Source of the DNA: an uncultured Alphaproteobacteria bacterium
GTDB taxonomy: Bacteria; Pseudomonadota; Alphaproteobacteria; Rhizobiales; Aestuariivirgaceae
Length of the DNA stretch: 64,000 nt
Direction of reading: 5' to 3'
Assembly (NCBI GenBank): GCA_963775095.1
Contig: CAVZHN010000015.1
Coordinates: 173,547-237,546, forward strand
This document shows positions 43,648-53,201 of the stretch, piece after piece. The notes beneath the pieces were generated by a model. The model saw only the letters and a program-made list of their open reading frames with translations. It ran no database searches and was not told the DNA's origin. Numbering within the stretch: the stretch's first letter is position 1; every line of letters begins with the position of its first letter. Made by a program: the position numbers and the translations under genes.

Positions 43648-45324
43648 ATGTCCCGAAAGGCTGCTGAAATTTATCCGAAAACTGCTGAAACGATAGCGTT
43701 GCGCGGTTTTGTCTTCCTGACGGACAGCGGCGTGCTTCAGACCTCTGAAGGGACGAGGGTCGACCTTCGCAGCCAGTCGGCCGAGGTGCTTTCCGCGCTC
43801 GCGGCGCGCCCCGGCGAGATCGTTTCCAAGGAAGCGCTTATGCAGGCGGTCTGGCCGGATACCTTCGTGACCGACGATAGCCTTACCCAATGCATTGCCG
43901 ATATTCGCCGTGCGTTGGGCGACGAGGCGCATATGATCGTGGAGACCTTTCCCAAGCGCGGTTACCGGTTGAATGCCGATCCATCGGACGCGGCCGGCCC
44001 AAACATTACAGCCAGTACCGTACGAACCAGGCTACAATTCTCGCGACGCGGTTTCATTCTTGCTGCCGTCGTTCTCGCCGCGGCAGTGATCGGCGCATAC
44101 TATGGCTCAGAGACATGGCGAGCCGAGCCGGTTCGTTCGAGCGACATGCCGAGGATTGCGGTCCTTCCCTTCGAGGACTTCAGTGCCGGCGTGGATAAGG
44201 GATATCTCAGCGATGCCGTCGCCGAGGGGATCATCACCGAGCTGGCGTGGAGCAAGACTTATGCGGTCATCGCCCGCAACTCGAGCTTCAAGTACCGCGG
44301 CAAACCGGTCGACGCCAGGCAGATTGGCGATGAACTCGGCGTCGACTACCTGCTCGAAGGCAGCCAGCAGAAAATTGGAGACCGGCTGAAAGTGACCGCC
44401 CAGTTGCTGAATGCGCACGACGGATCGCATCTCTGGGCCAACACCTACAACCGCGAGATTGGCGATCTTTTCGTCGTCCAGGAGGAAATCATCCGCACGC
44501 TTGCCGGCCGGGTAGGGCGCAGGATCGAGCGGCCCTTGCCACAGAGCGGCGCAGCCCGGGTCAGCGCGCTTCACTATTACCTGATGGGGTATGCCGTGAT
44601 CCAAAAGGATTTTTCCGCCGGGGGAACCGAGTTGCAACGGCAGTTCAGCCTCAAGGCGATCGAAGCGGATCCGAACTCGCAATTCGGCTATATCGGCCTG
44701 GCACACACCTACCAGAGGGACGCGGCTTTCGGGTGGCATCAGCAGGAACACAGCACTGAGGAGGCACTGAGGCTCGGCGCCGAATACGCCGACAGAGCCA
44801 TCCAGCTCGCTCCGGACGATGCCGAGTCGCATTGGGCCCGCGCCCGCGTGTATAGTGAAGCTGGTGAGATCGAGCAGGCCATTGCGCAGTATGATCAGGC
44901 GATCGCTCTGAATCCCAGCAACTCGGATATCCTCGTCGCCAGTGCGGAACCGCTGGTCTATATTGGCCGTACGGACGAAGCGATCGAACGGATCAAGCAG
45001 GCTATGGGCATCGATCCTTTCTACCCTGACTGGTTCAATTGGCAGATGGGCTGGGCTCTCTACTATAAGAACGATTGCGAGGCTGCGCTGGCGGCGATGC
45101 GGAAAATGTCGAGAATCCAAAAAAGCGCACACCGCACGCTTGCTGTGATCCACGCGTGTCTAGGGAATGTGCCGGAGGCAAGGAAGGCGCTTGCGATTTT
45201 TCTCGAGGACTCGCCGGGCGATTCCATCGGCAAACAACGCAAGCAATGGGAGAAGGTAGACACTGCCCCTGGAGCCCTCGAACGCTGGCTCAACCACATG
45301 CGGATCGCAGGAATGCCGGAGTGA
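43648..45324 (+). CDS. CadC-like winged-helix / TM / TolB-like / TPR membrane-anchored regulator
   Basis: GEIVSKEALMQAVWPDTFVTDDSLTQCIADIRRALG, PRIAVLPFED, VDYLLEGS, TPR repeats. Confidence 0.9.
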   Translation: MSRKAAEIYPKTAETIALRGFVFLTDSGVLQTSEGTRVDLRSQSAEVLSALAARPGEIVSKEALMQAVWPDTFVTDDSLTQCIADIRRALGDEAHMIVETFPKRGYRLNADPSDAAGPNITASTVRTRLQFSRRGFILAAVVLAAAVIGAYYGSETWRAEPVRSSDMPRIAVLPFEDFSAGVDKGYLSDAVAEGIITELAWSKTYAVIARNSSFKYRGKPVDARQIGDELGVDYLLEGSQQKIGDRLKVTAQLLNAHDGSHLWANTYNREIGDLFVVQEEIIRTLAGRVGRRIERPLPQSGAARVSALHYYLMGYAVIQKDFSAGGTELQRQFSLKAIEADPNSQFGYIGLAHTYQRDAAFGWHQQEHSTEEALRLGAEYADRAIQLAPDDAESHWARARVYSEAGEIEQAIAQYDQAIALNPSNSDILVASAEPLVYIGRTDEAIERIKQAMGIDPFYPDWFNWQMGWALYYKNDCEAALAAMRKMSRIQKSAHRTLAVIHACLGNVPEARKALAIFLEDSPGDSIGKQRKQWEKVDTAPGALERWLNHMRIAGMPE

Positions 45325-45478
45325 TGGCCGGCTGGCATGCGTTGTTGGCAGGTAGCGAGATGTCCAGATGCCTCGCCGCCGAGACCGGCAATGCTTACGA
45401 CCTCGCTTACCCCACCGGACACCGCAACACGCCGAAGATCCGGATGTCCCCCAAATGGGCGCTGCCCAAGGCGAAGCG

Positions 45479-46622
45479 CTAAGCCAAATGATCCACCCGC
45501 TGCATGTGCTGGGCAAGGCCCTTCACCTGATTGAGCCAACTTTCAAAGATTTTCTTCTCATGCGGCGCACCGTGTACGCCCGGCTTGAAGTCCTTCTTCA
45601 TCACCGACTCAACCGCGAAGCTCACCGGAATTGAGACGAGCCGCCCCATGGCCGTGCCCTTGGCGTCGCCCCAGGCATCCATGGCCCAGGTTTCATCGAA
45701 CACCGGCTTGCCATCCTTCTCGGCCTTGAGCGACACGAACAGGATGACGCGATCCGGCTCGCCCGGCGCGTAGCTGTTGTCCTTCAGGAATTCGGCGGCC
45801 ATTTCGGCAAGGCGCGCGTCGCCCGAGGGGCCAGACAGCGTTTCGATTTCGCGGAACACCGGCTCCCACGCCTTGGCCCAGCCATTCAAGCGGATGGTGC
45901 CGCGCACGAAGTCCTTCACCTTCCAGTCCTTGCCGAAGTTGTAGTCTTCCATGAACGGGATAGCTGTCGCGGTTGGGATAGACCTCAAAACTTTCGGGCA
46001 CCGGCAGCGGCGCATCGTAGGACGTGATGGCGTTCCACGGCCGATCCGCCTTGAATTCCTTGAAATCGCGCAAGGAGCGCGACGGCGAGCGCAGCGCCTT
46101 CAAGACGCCAACCGGCGCCCACGAGAATTTGTAGCGGAAGGGATTGGCAACCTTCGGCACGCCACCGCAATAGGAGGTGAAGCTCACGACATTGCCGGCG
46201 TCATAGGCCTTCGACGCCTTGTAGCGGCTGACGAGATCATGGGCCATCAGATGGTCGATGCCGGGATCGAGGCCAACTTCATTGACCGAGACGAGGCCCT
46301 TGGACCTGAACTCCGCGTCCAGCGCCTTCATCTCCGGCGCGATGTAGGACGATGACACGAAGTTGGCGCCCCTGGTGAGGCAGGCTTTGGCGATCGCCAC
46401 GTGCTGATCGGCGGGGAGCATGGAAATGGCGATATCGCCCGGCTGCAATGCCGCGGTGAGCGCCTCAAGCGAATAGGCGCGGATGTCTTTCGCCACATCG
46501 CCCACGGCTTTCCTGGCGTTGTCGACGGTGCGGTTCCACACCACCACCTTGTGGCCATTCTCTATGAGCCGCCTCAGCCCCGGGCCCGAGGAAAGGCCGG
46601 TGCCGCACCAATGAATTGTCAT
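45479..46622 (-). CDS. Saccharopine dehydrogenase, NADP-binding (Lys9/SDH-like); extra base at about 45958
   Basis: NEVGLDPGIDH, SYCGGVP, YKFSWAP.GVL, YPNRDS, RGTIRL.GW. Confidence 0.9.
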
Positions 46623-46634
46623 CGCTCGAACTCC

Positions 46635-47684
46635 CTAAAGCTTTGCCGTGTGGCGGTCGAAATCCGCCTTTGCCCGGCCCCACACACCATCATCCAGTTT
46701 GCCGAGTGCCAAGAGCGACGGCAAGAGCTGGGCGGCAAAATCCTCGCTCGCCTCGATGGGAAGGAGCGACGGCAGATTGTCGATGGCCATCACGTCGAGC
46801 GGCGGCGTGCCATGGACGCGCAGCGCCGGATGCTCCCAGTCGGTGACGCGATCATAGACCTTGATGGGCGAGAAATCCGAAGTGGGATCGCAGGCGATGT
46901 CGCCAATGACCGTGAGCTTGCGCATCTGGGTTTTGGCGGCAGCCGGCACGAACACCGGGCAGCCGGGGCTGGCCAGAATGCAGTTGAGGAAGATCTCATG
47001 GTCGAGAATCTCCGGGAACGGTCCTCCACCAGCCGTTTCCGCCATATCCCACCGCGTCGTCTCGACGTTAAGGGCCGCGCACAGGTCGTGCGCCCCGGTG
47101 CCGACCCGGCCGAGCGCGCCGATGATCATGGCCCGCGGCCGCGGCAGGTCGCGGAACTCCGAAGTGAGGCTTTCGACCAGCGCATGCCGGTCCCTGTAGC
47201 GCGCAATCGCCCCGGCAATGGTGCCGCGCTGCTGCGCCGCCCAGCACAGGAGCGAAACCGCAGCACCGGCAAACCCCGCCCAATAGCCGAAGGCGGCAAC
47301 CCGGCGGCCCTGCTCGTTCACCAGATACTCGATGTCATAGAGGGCACCACGACCGGCCTTGAAGCGCTTGAGCAGAATCTGCCCCGAAGGCTGACCCTTG
47401 AAGGCATGGCCGAACATGATGTGGCGATGGATGAGCGGCGTGCCATCCTCGGGCAATTCCTTGAGGCCGAAGATCAGCGCATCCCGGGGCGCCGAGGTCC
47501 AGGAATTTTCGGGCGCGATGGCGCAGCCGGTTTTCCTGTAGCCGTCAATGGCAATGGCCCTGACCGAACTTTCCTCGACCGTCACCGTGATCCCGGCCTT
47601 CATCAGCGCCGCAACGCCGTCGGGCGTCACCCCCACGCGCTCTTCATGGGCCCGCTGCTCGGCCCTGACCCACAGATGTGTCAT
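46635..47684 (-). CDS. Saccharopine dehydrogenase, lysine-forming / lysine-ketoglutarate reductase (Lys1-like)
   Basis: HLWVRAE..AHEER, IFGLKELPE, FGHAFKGQ, LYDIEYL, IGALGRVG, DIACDP, IDNLPSLLP.EAS. Confidence 0.92.
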   Translation of the reverse strand: MTHLWVRAEQRAHEERVGVTPDGVAALMKAGITVTVEESSVRAIAIDGYRKTGCAIAPENSWTSAPRDALIFGLKELPEDGTPLIHRHIMFGHAFKGQPSGQILLKRFKAGRGALYDIEYLVNEQGRRVAAFGYWAGFAGAAVSLLCWAAQQRGTIAGAIARYRDRHALVESLTSEFRDLPRPRAMIIGALGRVGTGAHDLCAALNVETTRWDMAETAGGGPFPEILDHEIFLNCILASPGCPVFVPAAAKTQMRKLTVIGDIACDPTSDFSPIKVYDRVTDWEHPALRVHGTPPLDVMAIDNLPSLLPIEASEDFAAQLLPSLLALGKLDDGVWGRAKADFDRHTAKL

Positions 47685-48300
47685 GATTCGGATCCTGTCT
47701 TACCGTGCCTGCGGATTGCACAACCACGCGGGTGCCGATCTGCACCTGATCGTAGAGGTGCACGATGTCGTAGTTCAACATGCCGAAGCAGCCGTTGGTG
47801 GCCTTCTTGCCCACGAGCTTCGGGTCGTGCGTGCCATGGATGCGGAAAATCGTGTCGACGCCGTTCTGGTAGAGATAGATCGCCCGCGCCCCCATCGGGT
47901 TCTTGGGGCCGCCCGGCATGCCGTTCTTGTATTGCACCATGTCGGGGCGCGCCGCGATATGCTCGGGCGTCGGCGTCCAGATGGGCCACTTCGCCATCTT
48001 GCCGATCTCGGTCACCCCCGTCCACGTTTTGCTGTCATGGCCGACGGCGATGCCATAACGCGTCGCCATGCCATTGCCCTGCACGAGATAGAGAAACCGC
48101 TTCTTAGGGATCACAACGACGGTGCCAGCGGGTTCCGAAGTCTCGAACTTGTCCTCGCGGCGCCGGTATTTGTATTCAACCTTCTTGGCTTCCTTTTCCG
48201 AAACCGGAAACAGCTCAGAGTCCTGCGCGAATGCGGCAGGTGTTCCGGCCAGGGCGGCCAACCCGGTGAGCAGCGAACGGCGGGAAATGAGGACAGTCAT
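47644..48300 (-). CDS. L,D-transpeptidase (ErfK/SrfK, YkuD domain), Tat-exported
   Basis: SRRSLL signal; GGPKNPMGARA, RIHGT, ATNGCFGM. Confidence 0.93.
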   Translation of the reverse strand: MTVLISRRSLLTGLAALAGTPAAFAQDSELFPVSEKEAKKVEYKYRRREDKFETSEPAGTVVVIPKKRFLYLVQGNGMATRYGIAVGHDSKTWTGVTEIGKMAKWPIWTPTPEHIAARPDMVQYKNGMPGGPKNPMGARAIYLYQNGVDTIFRIHGTHDPKLVGKKATNGCFGMLNYDIVHLYDQVQIGTRVVVQSAGTVRQDPNHDTSVGQGRAAGP

Positions 48301-48389
48301 ATGAGTCTCCGGATGGGCAATGGCGGGATGATACCGGAGACGGGAGCGGCGCGCAAATCCGCTCGGCGACTGCCCCACTCCCCGATACT

Positions 48390-48484
48390 GTCATCCCGGC
48401 GCAAGCCGGGACCCACTGACAATTTTTCAATGGGGCAGCGCTTGCTGAACGGGCTCACTGGGTCCCGGCTTTCGCCGGGATGAC
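48390..48484. repeat. REP/RIME-like inverted doublet
   Basis: GTCATCCCGGCGCAAGCCGGGACCCA (48390-48415) and TGGGTCCCGGCTTTCGCCGGGATGAC (48459-48484). Confidence 0.9.
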
Positions 48485-48528
48485 GGTTGTTGGGAAGCGT
48501 TACTCAGCGTCTTTCGCGTACTTTCGCC

Positions 48529-48690
48529 TCATTCTCCTGCGACATTTCCACAAACGACTTCTCCTGTCAGCAACTTGCGCAATTCCGGCAAATCACGCGG
48601 CGGCGCTTCCAGGGCGAGTTGAAACCGCTCCCACTGTTCGGCGTTCAGGTAGATCACCCGTTTTTCTTCAAATTCCGTTGCGTCATCCAT
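48529..48690 (-). CDS. DUF1778 (TacA-like) antitoxin C-terminal-only protein or fragment, 53 aa
   Basis: Manual translation MDDATEFEEKRVIYLNAEQWERFQLALEAPPRDLPELRKLL...; below the ORF-track cutoff. Confidence 0.6.
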   Translation of the reverse strand: MDDATEFEEKRVIYLNAEQWERFQLALEAPPRDLPELRKLLTGEVVCGNVAGE

Positions 48691-48701
48691 GGCCAAACGT
48701 T

Positions 48702-49063
48702 ATGACACAGGAACAAGAACGCGTCGAGACGGCCTCAATGCAAGCTTCTCCAACATACCACCGTTGGCTCCGCCAACATCTTCGCCGACATCGGCCTTCC
48801 CAATGCCGAGGAGCATCTGATCAAGGCGCAGCTGGTGGTGAAGATCGACACTCTGATGAAAGCCCGCAAACTCAAGCAGTGCTGACGCCGCCAAGCTGTT
48901 TGGCGTCAAGCAACCCGACATCTCTAAGATGCTGCACGGCGATTTCCGCCAATTCTCCGTCGAACGCCTGATGCGGTTTCTGGTGGCGCTTGGGCAGGAT
49001 GTGGAGATTGTGGTGAAGCCACAGAAGGTGAAGGGAGAGGCGGCGGCGCTAAGGGTAGCGTGA
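48702..49063 (+). CDS. XRE/HigA-like HTH antitoxin; indels at about 48755 and 48880
   Basis: GSANIFADIGLPNAEEHLIKAQL...AAKLFGVKQPDISKML.G.FRQFSVERLMRFLVALGQDVEIVV. Confidence 0.85.
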
Positions 49064-49178
49064 TGAATTATGAGACACACAAGGCAACATTGCCGATGAA
49101 GAGTTCCCCAGCATGCCCCATGCGGTTCAGGTGCGGCAAGCGGAATTTATTCGCGCTAAATTACCGAAGGGTTAACTC

Positions 49179-49930
49179 ATGACTAAAGGCAGTATCCACG
49201 AAAAACTTCCCAGACGTCGTAAAGGATCTTGCCCAAGCACTATCAGAACAGCAACGAAGTGGCAAACCGTATGTGGTTTCTCTGTTTTGGCATCACTATC
49301 CTTGTGATCGCAAATCTCAATCCAGCTAGAAATAGCAACTCGATTGACTTTCTGGGTGTAACACTGACACAAGAGATTCATCTGGCAGCAGCAATAGCAC
49401 TGTTGCTCGAACTTCGCCATTCTATGGCTAGCGAAGGCTCGAATCACAACGTTTAAATTGGGACGACATATCGCGAACTTGTTGATCCGCAAGGTACTCA
49501 ACGAGTCTGAACACATACTAGCCAATTCTACTTCAATGAAAGCTGCTGCGTTCTATCTGCTAAAGTCAAACTACAGCCGAATTCACCCAATATTCCACCA
49601 CATCGATCCGGACGGAAGTCAAAGCCGCTACACGCTAATTAGAGGCTCATAGACATTGCATACTCTGCTGTTCCATCGGGTAGCGAATAATACTCTCAGT
49701 GCATAATGGTTAACTGGCTTATCTAAACAGCGCCAATGGCGGTCCAGTGAATGGGTGACTGTGGTGTTACTAGGCAATTACAGGACTGTTTTCCGCTTTT
49801 CAACGTGCGTCCTCTGTTACTACGCATTAGTACGGACTCGATCTTCCGGAAACTTGAAGGCCTATCACACGAGTTTGACAATGACTTCCTGTTACTTGCG
49901 AATTGCTGGCACTTGGGCATTTCGCTTCCC
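49179..49930 (+). pseudogene. AT-richer foreign segment with a broken putative membrane-protein gene
   Basis: Visible drop in GC; short hydrophobic ORF pieces (49229-49456, 49458-49652) that appear to continue across frames. Confidence 0.4.
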
Positions 49931-51588
49931 TCACCGCGCAAACTGCTTGTACTTGATCCGCTTCGGCATCACGCTGTCTTCGCCCAGCCTGCGCTTCTTG
50001 TCTTCCTCGTAGTCCTGGAAATTCCCTTCAAACCATTCGACGTGGCTGTCGCCTTCGAAGGCCAGAATGTGCGTCGCCAATCGGTCCAGGAACATGCGGT
50101 CGTGGCTGATGATGACGGCGCAGCCGGCGAAATCTTCGAACGCCTCTTCGAGCGCCGCCAGGGTTTCGGTGTCGAGGTCGTTGGTCGGTTCGTCTAACAG
50201 CAAGACATTGGCACCGCTCTTCAGCATCTTGGCCAAGTGCACGCGATTGCGCTGGCCGCCCGACAGCGTGCCGACCTTCTGCTGCTGGTCGCCGCCCTTG
50301 AAATTGAAGGCGCCGGTATAGGCGCGGGAGTTCATCTCGCGCTTGCCGAGATAGAGCACGTCGTTGCCGCCGGAAATCTCCTGCCACACCGTCTTGTCGG
50401 GATCGAGCGAGTCGCGGCTTTGGTCGACGTAGCCCATCTGCACGCTCTCGCCGAACGAGATGGTGCCCGCGTCGGGAAGCTCCACACCCGTCAGCATACG
50501 GAACAATGTGGTTTTGCCCGCGCCATTGGGCCCGATGATGCCGACGATACCGCCGGGCGGCAGCTTGAAACTGAGATCGTCGATCAGCAGCCGGTCGCCA
50601 TAGGCCTTGCTCAGGCCCTCGACGGTGATGACATTGTCGCCCAAGCGCTCGCCCGGCGGAATGATGATCTGCGCCGTCGTTGACTTGAGGCGCTCGTCAT
50701 TGGCCTTGATCAGTTCGTCATAGGCCTTGAAGCGCGCCTTGGACTTGGCCTGCCGCGCCTTGGGCGATGAAGCGATCCACTCGCTCTCGCGCTCGATGAC
50801 TTTCTGCCGTGCTGCGTCCTCGCGCGATTCCTGGGAAAAACGCTTGGCCTTGGCCTTGAGATAGGCGGAATAATTGCCCTCGTAGGGAATGCCGCGGCCA
50901 CGGTCGAGTTCCAGAATCCAGCCCGTCACATTGTCGAGGAAGTAGCGGTCGTGGGTAACGATGAGAATCGAACCCGGATAATCGCGCAAGTGATGTTCAA
51001 GCCAGTTCACCGATTTCGGCGTCCGAGATGGTTGGTCGGCTCGTCGAGCAGCAGGAGATCGGGTTTGCGCAGCAGAAGCTGGGTGAGCGCTACCCGGCGC
51101 TTTTCGCCGCCCGACAGATTGTCGATTGACGCATCCCCCGGCGGGCAGCGCATGGCGTCCATCGCCTGCTCCACCTGGGCCTCGAGGTCCCACAGGTTCT
51201 GGGCGTCGATCACGTCCTGGAGCTTCGCCGCCTTGTCGGCGTTCTCCTCATTGTAGTCCATCATCAGCGCGTTGTAGTCGTCGAGGATCGCCTTCTTGGC
51301 GGCGACCCCTTCCATGACGTTGCCCATGACATCGAGTGCGGGATCAAGCTCCGGCTCCTGCTGCAGGTAGCCGCAGGTCGCACCTTCGGCGAGCCACGCC
51401 TCGCCGTTCCATTCCGTGTCGAGCCCCGCCATGATGCGCAGCAACGTCGACTTGCCCGAGCCGTTGGGGCCCAACACACCGATCTTGGCGTCCGGGTAGA
51501 ACGACAGGTGGATATTCTCAAGAACCTTTTTGCCACCGGCATAGGCCTTGGTGAGGCCTTGCATGTGATAGATGAACTGGCGCGCCAT
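49931..51588 (-). CDS. ettA: Energy-dependent translational throttle ABC-F protein; extra bases at about 51015 and 51024
   Basis: MARQFIYHM, two ABC domains (GPNGSGKS / LSGGEKRR; GPNGAGKT / LSGGQRNR), HLDAES restored by removing two bases, [16 protein letters not shown]. Confidence 0.96.
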
Positions 51589-51625
51589 TGCGGGAAATCC
51601 TGTGCGAAATGTTTCGGGCGGGCTT

Positions 51626-52462
51626 CTAGCCCGCCCGTTTCACAAGGGCAATGCCGTTACGAGTGCTCCCCGGCCGAGCCGGCCTGTGCTGTTCCTCGGC
51701 CATGATCTTCTTCTGGTATCGGCCCTGCACGATATCGACGATGAGCAGCGCTCCCACCACGAAGTAGAACGTGGTTTTGGCCATCGGTTCCACCGGGAAA
51801 CCGAAGAACGCGAGATGCGCGATGTGGCCGCCTTCGGCCAGCAGCATGACGCCCACCAGCAGCAGCACGAACAGGCCAAGCACCTCATACATCCGGTTCT
51901 TCTGCAGGAAGGCCGCCACGTGTTCGGCCAGCGCCACCATGAGAATGCCGGAGAGCACGATGGCCGTGGCCATGACGATGAAGTTGTTGGTGAGCGCCAC
52001 CGCCGACAACACCGTGTCGAACGAAAACACGATGTTCATCACCATGATCCAGAACAGGGCGCGGGCGACGGTGGAATGTTTCGGCCCCGACCCCTCCTCA
52101 TGCTCAAGATCGTGCACCGCCAGCATGTGGAAGATTTCCTTGAGTGCGGTGTGAATGAGAAATGCCCCGCCCGCCAGCACGATCAGGCTGTGGCCGCTGA
52201 CGCTGGCCTCAAACACCGGCAGGTGCACGCTGAACAGCGGCGACTGGAAGGCGCTGATCAATTGCAGCACCACGAACAGCAGCGCGATGCGCAGCAGGAT
52301 GGCGAAGATCATGCCGACGCGGCGCACATATTTCTGCTGCGCCGGGGCGACCTTCTTCGCCTCGATGGAAATATAGAGAAGATTGTCGAAACCCAGCACC
52401 GTTTCCAGCGCCGTGAGGACCATCAGGGTGAAGAGATTCTCGATTGTGAAGAGGTCGGTCAT
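51626..52462 (-). CDS. TerC-family integral membrane protein
   Basis: LETVLGFDNLLYI, FSFDTVLSAV, LLLVGVMLLAEG. Confidence 0.93.
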   Translation of the reverse strand: MTDLFTIENLFTLMVLTALETVLGFDNLLYISIEAKKVAPAQQKYVRRVGMIFAILLRIALLFVVLQLISAFQSPLFSVHLPVFEASVSGHSLIVLAGGAFLIHTALKEIFHMLAVHDLEHEEGSGPKHSTVARALFWIMVMNIVFSFDTVLSAVALTNNFIVMATAIVLSGILMVALAEHVAAFLQKNRMYEVLGLFVLLLVGVMLLAEGGHIAHLAFFGFPVEPMAKTTFYFVVGALLIVDIVQGRYQKKIMAEEQHRPARPGSTRNGIALVKRAG

Positions 52463-52956
52463 GATTCTGGCGGATTAGCGCCCTTTCGCTCCATAAACAA
52501 CCACAACGCGACAGCGCCGGTACAGACCGCGGCGACCGCCAGCGCCACGGCGATGCCTCCGGTCTCCGGGCTGACCGGCAACATGCCGGTGAGCCCGGCG
52601 AATAGCATCACGCAACTGGCGGTCACGAACACCGCCACCAGCGCCGCCAGCTTGATCCCGGTTCCGCTTGACCGGCTCATCGTCACCACGCTCCACAATG
52701 CCGCCGCCAGAAACGGCGGGCCGCCGACCACCGCCACGGTGGTCAGGGTCACATAGGCGCCATCCATGCTGCCGAGAAAGAACAGACTGCAGCCGCCAGT
52801 GAACAGGGCGGTAAGGATGGCCGCTGCTGCGCCCAATACGCGAAGTCCCGAATGCCGGGGCTTGCCCTCGCCTGCCCGCCGCCGTTCGTGGCGCTCGAGC
52901 AGCCACCACAGCACGGCGATGAGCAGCAGCGGGCCAAGGAAGACAATGCTATACAT
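52459..52956 (-). CDS. Membrane protein with internal LFTGGC motif (paralog 3)
   Basis: 165 aa, about five hydrophobic segments, Cys56 in ILTALFTGGC; overlaps both neighbours. Confidence 0.8.
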   Translation of the reverse strand: MYSIVFLGPLLLIAVLWWLLERHERRRAGEGKPRHSGLRVLGAAAAILTALFTGGCSLFFLGSMDGAYVTLTTVAVVGGPPFLAAALWSVVTMSRSSGTGIKLAALVAVFVTASCVMLFAGLTGMLPVSPETGGIAVALAVAAVCTGAVALWLFMERKGANPPES

Positions 52957-53201
52957 CAGGGCTTCGCCTCCGGTTCCGCCTTTGCCTTGCGTTTTTCGCG
53001 GTCAATCCGCCACCCCTTGCGCAGCATGAACCAGCCCGCCACCAGCGGCAGCACGCCGAAGGGCAGCCAGACGCCCAGCATCAATCCCGGCTCCTCCACC
53101 AGCACTTCCACGCCATTGTACACTGTTGCCAGAAACACCAGCGTGCAGCCGCCGCCGAACAGCATCAGCAGCGCCCCCAGGATCATGAGCAGCACGTGCA
53201 T
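52956..53201 (-). CDS. Small membrane protein with LFGGGC motif (paralog 2)
   Basis: 81 aa, hydrophobic leader ending in Cys19, further TM, basic tail. Confidence 0.8.
   Translation of the reverse strand: MHVLLMILGALLMLFGGGCTLVFLATVYNGVEVLVEEPGLMLGVWLPFGVLPLVAGWFMLRKGWRIDREKRKAKAEPEAKP

Noticed and set aside
47644-47700. 41-nt overlap of the L,D-transpeptidase tail with the saccharopine dehydrogenase start as a dual-coding feature
   Set aside because: An out-of-frame TAA sits just upstream of the RBS, so a further indel or a nonfunctional tail is the simpler explanation
46401-48107. 568-aa plus-strand ORF (also 17862-19316, 51572-52756, 15491-16639, 26503-27528, 44107-45153)
   Set aside because: Antisense shadows of well-supported genes in high-GC DNA; no motifs
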